Shown in pieces: positions 29,224 to 38,123 of a stretch of DNA of 64,000 bases. Below the pieces are notes generated by a model. That model was not told the DNA's origin. It saw only the letters and a program-made list of their open reading frames with translations, and did no database searches. Numbering within the stretch: the stretch's first letter is position 1; the number at the start of each line of letters is the position of its first letter. This DNA comes from a virus: IMG/VR virus record IMGVR_UViG_3300027714_000011, positions 1 to 64,000 of that record; one strand, written 5' to 3'. Both the position numbers and the translations under genes were made by a program.

Positions 29224-29676
29224 ATGGAAAAGAAAATAATGTATTTGGATATGGACGGTGTTTTAGTTGACATCTTTAAAGCATGTGCAGATAAGTACGG
29301 AAAAGATTCAGTATCTAGAATTGGTGATTTACTAGATGAAGATCCTGAATTATTTTATGAAGCAGAACCAATTCCTGGTGCTATTGAAGCTTTTAACAAA
29401 TTAGTGGATGTATACGATGTATATTTATTGACTAGCGCACCATGGGAAAGTTTGGGTTCTGTCAAGGCTAAAAGATTATGGGTTAGAAAATACTTAGGTG
29501 CACCTGCATATAAAAGAATTATCACTAGCCACCATAAAAATTTAATGATTGGAGATTACTTAATTGATGATAGAACGGCTAACGGCGCCGGAGAATTCAA
29601 AGGAGAGTTGATCCAATTTGGTACAGAAAAATACTTAAATTGGGATATTGTACTTGATTACTTAAAAATTAAATAA
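29224..29676 (+). CDS. 5'(3')-deoxyribonucleotidase (NT5C, HAD)
   Basis: YLDMDGVLVD, PIPGAIEA, KRLWV, GDYLIDDR. Confidence 0.9.
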   Translation: MEKKIMYLDMDGVLVDIFKACADKYGKDSVSRIGDLLDEDPELFYEAEPIPGAIEAFNKLVDVYDVYLLTSAPWESLGSVKAKRLWVRKYLGAPAYKRIITSHHKNLMIGDYLIDDRTANGAGEFKGELIQFGTEKYLNWDIVLDYLKIK

Positions 29677-29677
29677 T

Positions 29678-29908
29678 ATGGATTTTAAAGAAAACACAGA
29701 CGCATTATTCGACATACATAGAAAAACTAAAAGAGTTATAAGTTCATGTGTAATACCATCTCAATTAGAATCTGCTAGAAATTATGTAGAAAACTTTAGA
29801 AGGTGGATGTCATGTATTGTGTGTGAAGATAAAACACAAGAGGTTCTATTAAAAGGAATAATAGATGACGTTGAATTGGAGTTAAGACTCAAATATCTAA
29901 ATATTTAA
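29678..29908 (+). CDS. Hypothetical protein
   Basis: 76-aa ORF coupled to previous gene. Confidence 0.6.
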   Translation: MDFKENTDALFDIHRKTKRVISSCVIPSQLESARNYVENFRRWMSCIVCEDKTQEVLLKGIIDDVELELRLKYLNI

Positions 29909-29967
29909 TTGTTCGTAACTTTTTAGAAAATAATTAAGCCCACATTTTTTTATGTGGGTTTTTTTTG

Positions 29968-29985
29968 TTATATTAGTAGTATAAT
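29968..29985 (+). promoter_or_regulatory. Conserved early-promoter-like motif
   Basis: TTATATTAGTAGTATAAT; upstream AAGCCCACAT...ATGTGGGTTTT hairpin at 29936-29966. Confidence 0.72.
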
Positions 29986-30001
29986 AAAAACAGTTAAAGA
30001 T

Positions 30002-30400
30002 ATGAAACAATTTAATGCAAATGAAGTAAAGTGCAACGGAACAGGTGGTTCAGGCTATCAAGCCGTTCTTAAACACAAAGACGAAATTCAAGGAATCTGT
30101 CAAGAAGTTAGAGATCTTATAGGTATTGAAAAACTATGGGAACTAGCAACAACAGAACCTAATGTTGATTATCATCAAGGAACTAGATTTAATTCTGTAG
30201 AAGATAATACATATCGACTTATTAGTGGAATTGCAAATCATATCTCAGAATATATTCATACCAGTGAACTAATCGAGATGCACGTAGGATCTATTCTATC
30301 GATGTTAACAATTGAAGATAAAGTAACACTTGTTGCCGATGCTTGTAGAGATTGTGCAAGCGCAGATCACTGGTATACATTCGAAAAAGATTGGGGATAA
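30002..30400 (+). CDS. Hypothetical early protein
   Basis: Start moved to ATG 30002, downstream of the promoter motif. Confidence 0.7.
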   Translation: MKQFNANEVKCNGTGGSGYQAVLKHKDEIQGICQEVRDLIGIEKLWELATTEPNVDYHQGTRFNSVEDNTYRLISGIANHISEYIHTSELIEMHVGSILSMLTIEDKVTLVADACRDCASADHWYTFEKDWG

Positions 30401-30401
30401 G

Positions 30402-30614
30402 ATGACTATTGAAGAAAGATACGATCGCATAGATTCTACATCATATGTAGTGTTTCCAGATAATAAGACAATATACGCTATTGAAAATATCGAAGTATTT
30501 GAAAACACCATTCTCGTAGAAACAGATACTGGTTGGTTATTCAATGACATGGATGTGTTTACCGTTGAAGAAATGGTCGATGTTGAAAATAAATTAGAAG
30601 AATTAATGAAATAA
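30402..30614 (+). CDS. Hypothetical protein
   Basis: ATG 30402 directly after previous stop. Confidence 0.6.
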   Translation: MTIEERYDRIDSTSYVVFPDNKTIYAIENIEVFENTILVETDTGWLFNDMDVFTVEEMVDVENKLEELMK

Positions 30615-30648
30615 ACGCATAAATATTTTTTTATGTTAAATAAAAGTT

Positions 30649-30666
30649 GTATATTAGTAGTATAAT
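30649..30666 (+). promoter_or_regulatory. Conserved early-promoter-like motif
   Basis: GTATATTAGTAGTATAAT preceded by TTTTTTTATGTT. Confidence 0.75.
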
Positions 30667-30681
30667 TAAAAACTTAAAGTC

Positions 30682-30816
30682 ATGTATAAAATTAAAACAA
30701 AATGGATCAAATTTATGTTTAAGTATGCTAAAACAACATTAGATTTGAATGGTACATACATAAAAGAAGAATGGAATAAAGCTGGGTTTAAAGACTCAAT
30801 AATTGAAAAAGTATAA
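30682..30816 (+). CDS. Small hypothetical protein (44 aa, not in ORF track)
   Basis: MYKIKTKWIKFMFKYAK...IIEKV, first ORF after promoter motif. Confidence 0.5.
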   Translation: MYKIKTKWIKFMFKYAKTTLDLNGTYIKEEWNKAGFKDSIIEKV

Positions 30817-30852
30817 TTAAAGAATTACAAGAAAACTTTGAACTATAAGACT

Positions 30853-31059
30853 ATGAAAATTACAAAACAATCACAACTGTCGGGTAAAACAAATACCATG
30901 GAATTAGATATAACTAATGAACAATTAGTGAAATATGATAATGGTGAACTAATACAGAACGTATTTCCAAATATGAATGCAGATGAAAGAGAGTTTCTAA
31001 AATCGGGTATTACGTCTAAAGAATGGTCAGATGTTTTCGGTAATGGAGAAGATGAATAA
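30853..31059 (+). CDS. Conserved phage hypothetical protein
   Basis: SQLSGKTNTMELDIT...LIQNVFPNMNADEREFLKSGIT. Confidence 0.7.
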   Translation: MKITKQSQLSGKTNTMELDITNEQLVKYDNGELIQNVFPNMNADEREFLKSGITSKEWSDVFGNGEDE

Positions 31060-31074
31060 TTTAAAAAAATAAAA

Positions 31075-31539
31075 ATGAGTAAAAAATCAGTAATTTTTGA
31101 TCTAGATGGAACTCTAGCAATAATTGATAAAAGACGAGTATTGGCAACTAAGCCGGATGGTAAAATTAACTGGGACATTTTCTTTGATCCTAAAAACATT
31201 AGCTTAGATGTACCAAATCACTCAGTAATTAAAATGGCCCAATTGTTAAAAGCAGATGGACATAGAATTGTTATTTTTAGTGGTAGAAGTAAAGCGACTA
31301 AAGATACTACTAGAGATTGGTTAGATAAATTTGATGTGCCATTTGATGTACTTAAAATGAGGCCAACTGGTAACGAATTTGGATTTATGCCAGATGACAA
31401 GTTAAAACAAGGATGGTTAGACGATTTGTTCCCTGATAAAGCAGATATCTTATGCGTATTTGATGACAGAGATAAAGTCGTTAAGATGTGGAGAGATAAT
31501 GGATTGACTTGTATGCAAGTTGCACCGGGTAATTTTTAA
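31075..31539 (+). CDS. Polynucleotide kinase 3'-phosphatase-like HAD domain (T4 PseT C-terminal-like)
   Basis: IFDLDGTLA, FSGR, LKMRP, FDDRDKVVKMWRDNGLTCMQVAPGNF. Confidence 0.88.
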   Translation: MSKKSVIFDLDGTLAIIDKRRVLATKPDGKINWDIFFDPKNISLDVPNHSVIKMAQLLKADGHRIVIFSGRSKATKDTTRDWLDKFDVPFDVLKMRPTGNEFGFMPDDKLKQGWLDDLFPDKADILCVFDDRDKVVKMWRDNGLTCMQVAPGNF

Positions 31540-31549
31540 AATATAAATT

Positions 31550-31969
31550 ATGAAACACTTAAAAATAATAAAAGCAATTAATAAAGCTGAATTTAATCTA
31601 GAGGAACTAGAACAAATCAGTTTAGCAATAGCTAACATAAATCATCAAGAGAGCGCAGAACTAGAAGTTACATCGTATGATGGTAGAACTTATGAAACAG
31701 ATGATTATGCATTCGAAGCTACTCGTATTTTACAAGAAGATGGTACACCGTATGATGATCAGTGCTCGATTGAAGTCACTGATAAACGTACTAAACCATG
31801 GAAAGAAGAATACTTAGATAATGCACATTGGATGATTGGCGTTTTAGAAAATGATAGCGAATCAATGGTTGAAGCAAATACTATGTTTAATAAACATGGC
31901 ATTGCAGAATTTAGGGCTGTTGTCAGAGACCTTATTAACGTGGAATGGTTACCACAACAAAAAACATAA
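31550..31969 (+). CDS. Hypothetical protein
   Basis: 139-aa ORF in operon. Confidence 0.65.
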   Translation: MKHLKIIKAINKAEFNLEELEQISLAIANINHQESAELEVTSYDGRTYETDDYAFEATRILQEDGTPYDDQCSIEVTDKRTKPWKEEYLDNAHWMIGVLENDSESMVEANTMFNKHGIAEFRAVVRDLINVEWLPQQKT

Positions 31970-31972
31970 ATT

Positions 31973-32341
31973 ATGATAGGCGGAGTACAAAAAAAAATAT
32001 TAGTCGACATGAATGACGACGGTAATCTTGCAATCAACGCAGATTTTGCAGAACTTTTTTATAAAGAACAAGAGAAGAACTGGAAATTAGTCAGAGAACG
32101 CGACAACCTTACTAAATATTCCAGAGCCATAATTTGGATAAATTGGAATGAAGACAATACGTTTAAATCTCAACAAGAAAATATAGAGGTTGGCTTTAGT
32201 TTACTCATGAGCCCGTTTGACCAGTCTTTTACTTGGCAAACAACTGTTGTAACAGAAATTATTGAAAACAGAGAACGCTATATTAAATTCAAAACTGGAA
32301 ATAGTATTTACGAATTATTTAAAGTAGAAGATGAGCAGTAG
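31973..32341 (+). CDS. Hypothetical protein
   Basis: 122-aa ORF ending WQTTVVTEI...FKTGNSIYEL. Confidence 0.65.
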   Translation: MIGGVQKKILVDMNDDGNLAINADFAELFYKEQEKNWKLVRERDNLTKYSRAIIWINWNEDNTFKSQQENIEVGFSLLMSPFDQSFTWQTTVVTEIIENRERYIKFKTGNSIYELFKVEDEQ

Positions 32342-32933
32342 ACAATTTACATGGTGGCGTAGATTTGGCGGAGTAATGAAATTACCAAAGTCATATCTAT
32401 ATAATGGAGCTTCTGAATTATTACAGCGTATAGAGTTTGGTGAATATGAATTTAATCATTTAGGTAGAGAGATTTATTTAGAAGATAAAATATATGAAGC
32501 TAAATCCGATATCATTAAAAAGGAAAGTCCGTGGTTGAAGGGCGAAACTTTAGATGAGGCACTTGAATATGATCGCAAACAAACTAATAAACGTAAAGCT
32601 GTAATGATGAAAAAACACTTAGAGTTAGAACAGACATTATTGTGGAAGTTAGCAGAAGATCTTGCAAATGAATTCAAATTATCTAAAGAAAACGTGATAG
32701 AAATTATGGAAACATTTGATGGCACAACACGTGAACTTTATTTTAAATGCATGAGTATATCTATTAAAAAAGATATTGAACCATCTAAGATGCAGAGATT
32801 TTTTAAAGAGCAACCTAGACATATTTTAAAACCAAAGGAACGTAAATACTCTAAAATGTGGGCAGAATTAATTAAAGAACACAAATGGCAGAGATATTTA
32901 AACTGGGAAACAATTACAAAACCTAACATATAA
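32331..32933 (+). CDS. Hypothetical protein
   Basis: 200-aa ORF in operon. Confidence 0.7.
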   Translation: MSSRQFTWWRRFGGVMKLPKSYLYNGASELLQRIEFGEYEFNHLGREIYLEDKIYEAKSDIIKKESPWLKGETLDEALEYDRKQTNKRKAVMMKKHLELEQTLLWKLAEDLANEFKLSKENVIEIMETFDGTTRELYFKCMSISIKKDIEPSKMQRFFKEQPRHILKPKERKYSKMWAELIKEHKWQRYLNWETITKPNI

Positions 32934-32938
32934 CACAT

Positions 32939-33139
32939 ATGAATTTATTCGATACGATTTTATATTATATTTTGATAGGCGTTTGTTTTAACGCGCTGTA
33001 TGATTTTATAATTTCTAAACTAGAAAATGAATCATTGCGATTAAATATGAGAGAGCGAATAGTGGTTACATTAATTTGGCCAGTGTATATTACATTACTA
33101 ATATTTAATTCTATTAAAAACCAAAACAAAGATGAGTAA
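32939..33139 (+). CDS. Small membrane protein
   Basis: Two hydrophobic segments with IWP motif. Confidence 0.6.
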   Translation: MNLFDTILYYILIGVCFNALYDFIISKLENESLRLNMRERIVVTLIWPVYITLLIFNSIKNQNKDE

Positions 33140-33323
33140 AGAAGATAATAGTTACATAGTATTTGCAGAAGATTCAACTGCAATGATGCAAGAATCATTA
33201 ATACAACAGAGTAATCCATTAACAAAGGAACGTGCTATTGAGTTTGCAGAAAGAATTAAAGATAGAGATAACCTATTCTGTGTTACCATTCTTAAAAGAG
33301 TTACTAAAGAAGAATTAAACTAA
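33132..33323 (+). CDS. Hypothetical protein flanked by 22-bp direct repeats
   Basis: AAACCAAAACAAAGATGAGTAA at 33118-33139 and 33322-33343. Confidence 0.6.
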   Translation: MSKEDNSYIVFAEDSTAMMQESLIQQSNPLTKERAIEFAERIKDRDNLFCVTILKRVTKEELN

Positions 33324-33335
33324 ACCAAAACAAAG

Positions 33336-34253
33336 ATGAGTAATTACGGATATTGTTGTATTAACACAACTTTGCAGAAATCAGATAAAGTTACTACTAA
33401 TCGTAGTATGATTAAACGAACCTTTGCAGATAAAGGCATAGAGTACGCATCAGAACTTGCACTACTCAATGCAAAAGACTTAGTTAAGATTATTAATTGG
33501 AATAATCGTAATGGCATCAAGCTGTTCCGTATCAGTTCTGACATGTTTCCATGGATGAGCGAGTATGAATTGTCTGATCTTCCAGATTATAATAAGATAG
33601 CAAACATTCTTAAGGGCGCTGGTAAAATAGCAATGGATAACGGTCAACGTTTAACATTTCACCCTGGACCATTCGACGTTTTAGCATCGCTTACACAACG
33701 AGTAGTTGATAAATGTATCATTGATCTCAACAAACATGGTGAAATTATGGATTTACTTGGTTTACCAAGAGATCACTCTGCACCAATCAATATACATGTC
33801 AATACTACACAAGGTGGTAAAGACGAAGCAATGCAAAGATTTGTAGATAACTTTTATTTATTAGATGACAGCGTAAGTAAACGTCTTGTTGTAGAAAATG
33901 ACGATAAGGAAAGTCAATACACTACTGAAGATCTACATACAGGTATATATGATAAAATAGGTATACCTATCACATTTGATTATCATCACCATTGGTGTCA
34001 TCCTGGAGAATTAACACAGGAAGAAGCACTTAAACTGGCATCTACGACATGGCCTAATGGTATCAAACAACTAGTACATTTTTCTTCATGTCAACAAATC
34101 CATGAAAATTCTGAACAAACTAACAAGAGAGCACATTCAGATTACATATATGAATTCATAGAAGACTACGGATTAAATTTGGATATTGAATTAGAAGCTA
34201 AAGCAAAAGAATTAGCCCTTCAAAAATACGTGAAACAATATAAAATATATTAA
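33336..34253 (+). CDS. uvsE: UV damage endonuclease (UvsE/UvdE)
   Basis: GYCCIN, LFRISSDMFP, RLTFHPG, INIH, RLVVENDDK, FDYHHH, AHSDY, ELEAKAKE. Confidence 0.95.
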   Translation: MSNYGYCCINTTLQKSDKVTTNRSMIKRTFADKGIEYASELALLNAKDLVKIINWNNRNGIKLFRISSDMFPWMSEYELSDLPDYNKIANILKGAGKIAMDNGQRLTFHPGPFDVLASLTQRVVDKCIIDLNKHGEIMDLLGLPRDHSAPINIHVNTTQGGKDEAMQRFVDNFYLLDDSVSKRLVVENDDKESQYTTEDLHTGIYDKIGIPITFDYHHHWCHPGELTQEEALKLASTTWPNGIKQLVHFSSCQQIHENSEQTNKRAHSDYIYEFIEDYGLNLDIELEAKAKELALQKYVKQYKIY

Positions 34254-34258
34254 TATAA
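34233..34258 (+). promoter_or_regulatory. AAAC-N17-TATAA promoter-like motif
   Basis: AAAC 34233-34236, TATAA 34254-34258 followed by CTAGTATAAA as at 311. Confidence 0.6.
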
Positions 34259-34280
34259 CTAGTATAAAATAAAAATATTT

Positions 34281-34493
34281 ATGAAAGGAATTTTAAACAG
34301 AATTAAAAAGTTTAGGAATATTCTTAATCAAAGACAACTTGGTATACAGAGTACACTCTTTTTAGTCTTTGCAATAACATCGTTCTTTTTGGACAATTCA
34401 AATAATTTTTGGATGTTTATTATATGTTCGATCTTATTTTCAGGACTACAAAGAATAGTTGACGAATTAGAAAGTAATAATAAAAAAAAGTAA
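34281..34493 (+). CDS. Small membrane protein
   Basis: Two hydrophobic segments. Confidence 0.6.
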   Translation: MKGILNRIKKFRNILNQRQLGIQSTLFLVFAITSFFLDNSNNFWMFIICSILFSGLQRIVDELESNNKKK

Positions 34494-34496
34494 ATT

Positions 34497-34742
34497 ATGA
34501 GTTTAAAAGTAGACGCGCTTAGAGCAAAGTACGTAGCGATGAGATTAGAAGCTGTCGCAACATTAGAAATTTATTCTAAAAATGCAGTAGGAATTGGTGA
34601 ACACCCTCAGGTAATTGAAGAGATGGACAAATTAGTTAGAGTTGTCGCAGATGTCACTGGATATCTAGAAGCACTAGATGCTATATTTGTTACAACAGAT
34701 GATGGAGCAATTGTAGGTGAAACAGGACCACTTAACGAGTAA
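34497..34742 (+). CDS. Conserved phage hypothetical protein
   Basis: NAVGIGEHPQVIEEMDK motif. Confidence 0.7.
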   Translation: MSLKVDALRAKYVAMRLEAVATLEIYSKNAVGIGEHPQVIEEMDKLVRVVADVTGYLEALDAIFVTTDDGAIVGETGPLNE

Positions 34743-34765
34743 CATTCTTAACCAACTTAACCACT

Positions 34766-34798
34766 AAAATGGGATGAAGAAATTCATCCCATTTTTTT
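34766..34798 (+). terminator. Intrinsic terminator
   Basis: AAAATGGGATGAA-GAAA-TTCATCCCATTTTTTT perfect stem. Confidence 0.9.
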
Positions 34799-34814
34799 AT
34801 GATATATAATTCAT

Positions 34815-35513
34815 ATGAAACATTTAAAAACATTTGGTGACTTTCTAGTTGAAGGAAGATCAGCATACGATGGATTAGCATCTAAACTTACTAAAGCAAT
34901 ATTTAACAAATGGGTTAAATCTTATAAAGGCGGGAACGATGCTATTAATTACGCAGATCAAATAGAAGAAAGAGGCTTAGAATTTGATATTGAAGCTACT
35001 ATTCATATTGATAAAAAGTTTAAGGGATTTGAAGTTATTGATTCAACTGGGGCAGATGGTAGAGACGATGACGATGACGGTGATTTTCAAACACCATTTA
35101 TTAATATAGATTTTGGAATAAATCCAGAGTGGATTCCTGGTGAATGGTCAGAAGTTTATTTTCATTTAGCAGATGTTGTCCGCCATGAAATGGAACACAT
35201 TACACAAGACGGTATCGATCACGGTAATTATAGAAAGGGCAAACCTAATGAGGATGATAGTGAATTAAGAGCTTATATAAAAATGGGACTTTTACCAAAA
35301 TCACAATATCTTATGTTACCTAAAGAAGTAGATGCTAATTTACAGGGACTTAGGTTTGAAGCTAAGAAAAGAAAGAAATCAATGATCGACACTGTTAACA
35401 AATATCTGGACACTCAAGAACAAGGCGGAACTATTAACGGTGAAGAACGAGAAATTGTGTTAGATTTATGGAGACGAAGAGCTGAAAAAATAGGAGGTAT
35501 ACCTAAATTTTAA
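34815..35513 (+). CDS. Probable internal head protein with HExxH metallopeptidase-like motif
   Basis: N-terminus MKHLKTFGDFLVE; RHEMEHITQ and YLMLPKEVDA. Confidence 0.65.
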   Translation: MKHLKTFGDFLVEGRSAYDGLASKLTKAIFNKWVKSYKGGNDAINYADQIEERGLEFDIEATIHIDKKFKGFEVIDSTGADGRDDDDDGDFQTPFINIDFGINPEWIPGEWSEVYFHLADVVRHEMEHITQDGIDHGNYRKGKPNEDDSELRAYIKMGLLPKSQYLMLPKEVDANLQGLRFEAKKRKKSMIDTVNKYLDTQEQGGTINGEEREIVLDLWRRRAEKIGGIPKF

Positions 35514-35514
35514 C

Positions 35515-35967
35515 ATGAAGCATATTAAATTATTTGAAGAATTTACGGCCAATCAAGTTACGTGTGATAATTGTGGATGGTCTTGGGAAATAGAAGACGG
35601 TGGAGATGATGTGTTCCTTTGTCATAAATGCGAACATGATAATGACAATGTGATCGGAGAAGAATATGTTTTACAAGATTTAGAAAAGGAATTAGGAATT
35701 TCTTTGGATTTATGGGACAATGGAGAGTATTTAACCTTGAGTAGAATAGTAATATCTAAAGAGCATCGAGGTTCTGGAATAGGAACAGATGCAATGGCAA
35801 GGATTATAGACTTTGCAGATAAATATAGTAAAGATATAAGATTAACTCCATCTAAGGATTTCGGTGCAACTTCGGTTGCAAGATTACAAAAGTTCTATAA
35901 AGGATTTGATTTCGTAAAAAATAAGGATTATAAATATAAGGACACTATGGTTCGATACGCCAAATAA
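35515..35967 (+). CDS. Zn-ribbon plus GNAT acetyltransferase, probable internal head protein
   Basis: MKHIKLFEEF; CDNC...CHKC; RGSGIGT; LQKFYKGFDF. Confidence 0.8.
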   Translation: MKHIKLFEEFTANQVTCDNCGWSWEIEDGGDDVFLCHKCEHDNDNVIGEEYVLQDLEKELGISLDLWDNGEYLTLSRIVISKEHRGSGIGTDAMARIIDFADKYSKDIRLTPSKDFGATSVARLQKFYKGFDFVKNKDYKYKDTMVRYAK

Positions 35968-35969
35968 TT

Positions 35970-36647
35970 ATGAAATATATTAAAATATTCGAGGATTTTA
36001 TTAAAGAGTCCGTTTCAGAAGATTCATACAATGATTACCCTAGCGCTGCTAAAAAAAATGCACAATTGGCTATTGATTGGAAAGAAAAGTACGGCAGAGA
36101 CGAAGTTGAAGCTGGAACTGCAGTTGGCTGGGCAAGAGCACACCAATTAGCTAAAGGTGAAAACTTATCAGGTGATACTGTTAAAAGAATGGCATCATTC
36201 AATAGACATCGTAAAAATTCTACAATTGCTTCAGAATTCAAAGACACTCCATGGAAAGATAAAGGTTATGTGTCATGGTTAATTTGGGGTGGAGATGAAG
36301 GTGTTGATTGGGCATTAGAAAAATCAAAATCATTATCTGAATCATTATCAATGTTTGGTCAATTTTTAAATGAAAAGAAAAAGAGTAAACCCAAAACAGA
36401 TAAACAAAAGATAAAAGATCTTACTAAGAAACAGAAGAAGTTGTCTGATAAAAACAAGGACATAGTAGATAAAATTAATAAATTGGGTAAAGATGATGAA
36501 AAAGATCCTACTGATAAATTACAAAGTTTATTATTAAAATCTCAATTGCAACAAACGGCAGCAGACGGTATGAAAGCCGCAGTTCAAAAACAACAGATAA
36601 CATTAAAGTCTAAATTAAAAACAGTTAAAAAAAGAAGTAAAGTATAA
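35970..36647 (+). CDS. Probable internal head protein
   Basis: MKYIKIFEDFIKE; GTAVGWARAHQLAKGE...RMASFNRH...WLIWGGD; Lys-rich C-terminus. Confidence 0.65.
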   Translation: MKYIKIFEDFIKESVSEDSYNDYPSAAKKNAQLAIDWKEKYGRDEVEAGTAVGWARAHQLAKGENLSGDTVKRMASFNRHRKNSTIASEFKDTPWKDKGYVSWLIWGGDEGVDWALEKSKSLSESLSMFGQFLNEKKKSKPKTDKQKIKDLTKKQKKLSDKNKDIVDKINKLGKDDEKDPTDKLQSLLLKSQLQQTAADGMKAAVQKQQITLKSKLKTVKKRSKV

Positions 36648-36653
36648 ATCAAT

Positions 36654-37196
36654 ATGAAATTTATAAAAGCATTTGAAAACTGGAACGATAAGCGAAAAGG
36701 TCCACATCCGTATGACAGAGGTTTAACTAAGAAAGAGGAAGAAGAAAAGGAAGATCAAATGAAGGATCAGGCTAAAATGGACAATGATGATCCTGATGCA
36801 TATAAAGAAATGCCTGGAGATAAAGAAGCTAGGGAAAAAGGTGAAGTAAAAACATCTAAGCATGTAAAATCCTATCACGAATTATATGGAGATGAGACTG
36901 ATGAATCATTAAGCGAAAGTGAAGATGGACCAATCGATGACGACAAAGTTGAGACCGCACTTAAAAAGAAAGAGAAAGAAACAGGTGTACCTTTAAAATT
37001 CTTAAGAACTATAATGAGAAGAGGTATGGCCGCTTGGAAAACTGGACACAGGCCGGGCACTGGAGTTCACCAATGGGGTTACGCGAGAGTTAATTCTTTT
37101 TTGACAAAACAAGAAGGTACATGGGGCGGAGCTGATAAAGATATTGCTAAAGAAGTCAGAGACGGTGGTCATGATTCAGATCTAAAGAGTTCATAA
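36654..37196 (+). CDS. Probable internal head protein (DUF5824-like C-terminus)
   Basis: MKFIKAFENW; RRGMAAWKTGHRPG..HQWGYARVNSF. Confidence 0.6.
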   Translation: MKFIKAFENWNDKRKGPHPYDRGLTKKEEEEKEDQMKDQAKMDNDDPDAYKEMPGDKEAREKGEVKTSKHVKSYHELYGDETDESLSESEDGPIDDDKVETALKKKEKETGVPLKFLRTIMRRGMAAWKTGHRPGTGVHQWGYARVNSFLTKQEGTWGGADKDIAKEVRDGGHDSDLKSS

Positions 37197-37220
37197 TAAA
37201 CAGCCAAATTATTTTACAGA

Positions 37221-38096
37221 ATGGAATTAAAAAAGACGGCTTTTTATAAAGCTACACTGGAGTGGAGTGAAAAATTTAGAAAACTTTTACGATCCAGGCC
37301 ATATAATTTTTGGCGAAGATATATGTTTGACGTGAATAGACATGTAGATAAAATCTATATGTTACATCTGCCGCATCATATTAATAGAATGGTGAATATT
37401 GAAAAAAATCTATCTTTAATAAGAACACCAACTGGAACTCTCTTAGATCATGTGACATTGTGGGCAGGTTTTTATAAGAAAACAAAATGGGATCATAAAC
37501 TACATGAACCAGAATATTCATTAGAATATGCATGGAAATTACAACCCTCTCCCGAATTAGAAGAAAATCTAGGTAGATTACTATCTAAACATGAACGAGA
37601 AACCTTTAAAATAACATGTTCTTTGCCAGAAAGTAATATTGCTCTTGGACATTTAAGTATTCTACAAGATATTGTTGATAACAATCACGGACATGCACTG
37701 ATATTGGAAGACGATATTAGAATCTGTGATGGTTTTTCTTTCCTAATAACACGTGCAATGAATGAGTTACCAGAAGATTGGGATATTTTGTATGTATCAT
37801 ACCAACCTGTTATGTATGATTTTAAAAGTGAACCATATTCTGAGGATCTAGTTAAAATACAAAGAGGCGTTTGGTGGATGTCAGGTGTATTTGTTAGTCA
37901 ACGCGCTGCTAAAAAACTATTAAGCAATTTACCAGTCATTGGGCCTATAGATGTATGGATTAATTATCATTTTGATGATCTGAATGTATTTGGCACAAAG
38001 TATAATTATATTAGTCAAAACAAAACAATAGATTCTAATAATGAACACTCTTATCCTGTTGCTTTAAAAAATATGAAAATAAACAAGGATATATAA
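37221..38096 (+). CDS. Glycosyltransferase family 25-like protein
   Basis: IYMLHL, ALGHLSIL, LILEDD, DWDILY, SQRAAKKLL, PIDVW. Confidence 0.8.
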   Translation: MELKKTAFYKATLEWSEKFRKLLRSRPYNFWRRYMFDVNRHVDKIYMLHLPHHINRMVNIEKNLSLIRTPTGTLLDHVTLWAGFYKKTKWDHKLHEPEYSLEYAWKLQPSPELEENLGRLLSKHERETFKITCSLPESNIALGHLSILQDIVDNNHGHALILEDDIRICDGFSFLITRAMNELPEDWDILYVSYQPVMYDFKSEPYSEDLVKIQRGVWWMSGVFVSQRAAKKLLSNLPVIGPIDVWINYHFDDLNVFGTKYNYISQNKTIDSNNEHSYPVALKNMKINKDI

Positions 38097-38123
38097 TAAA
38101 AGATTATAAAAAAATAAATTATC

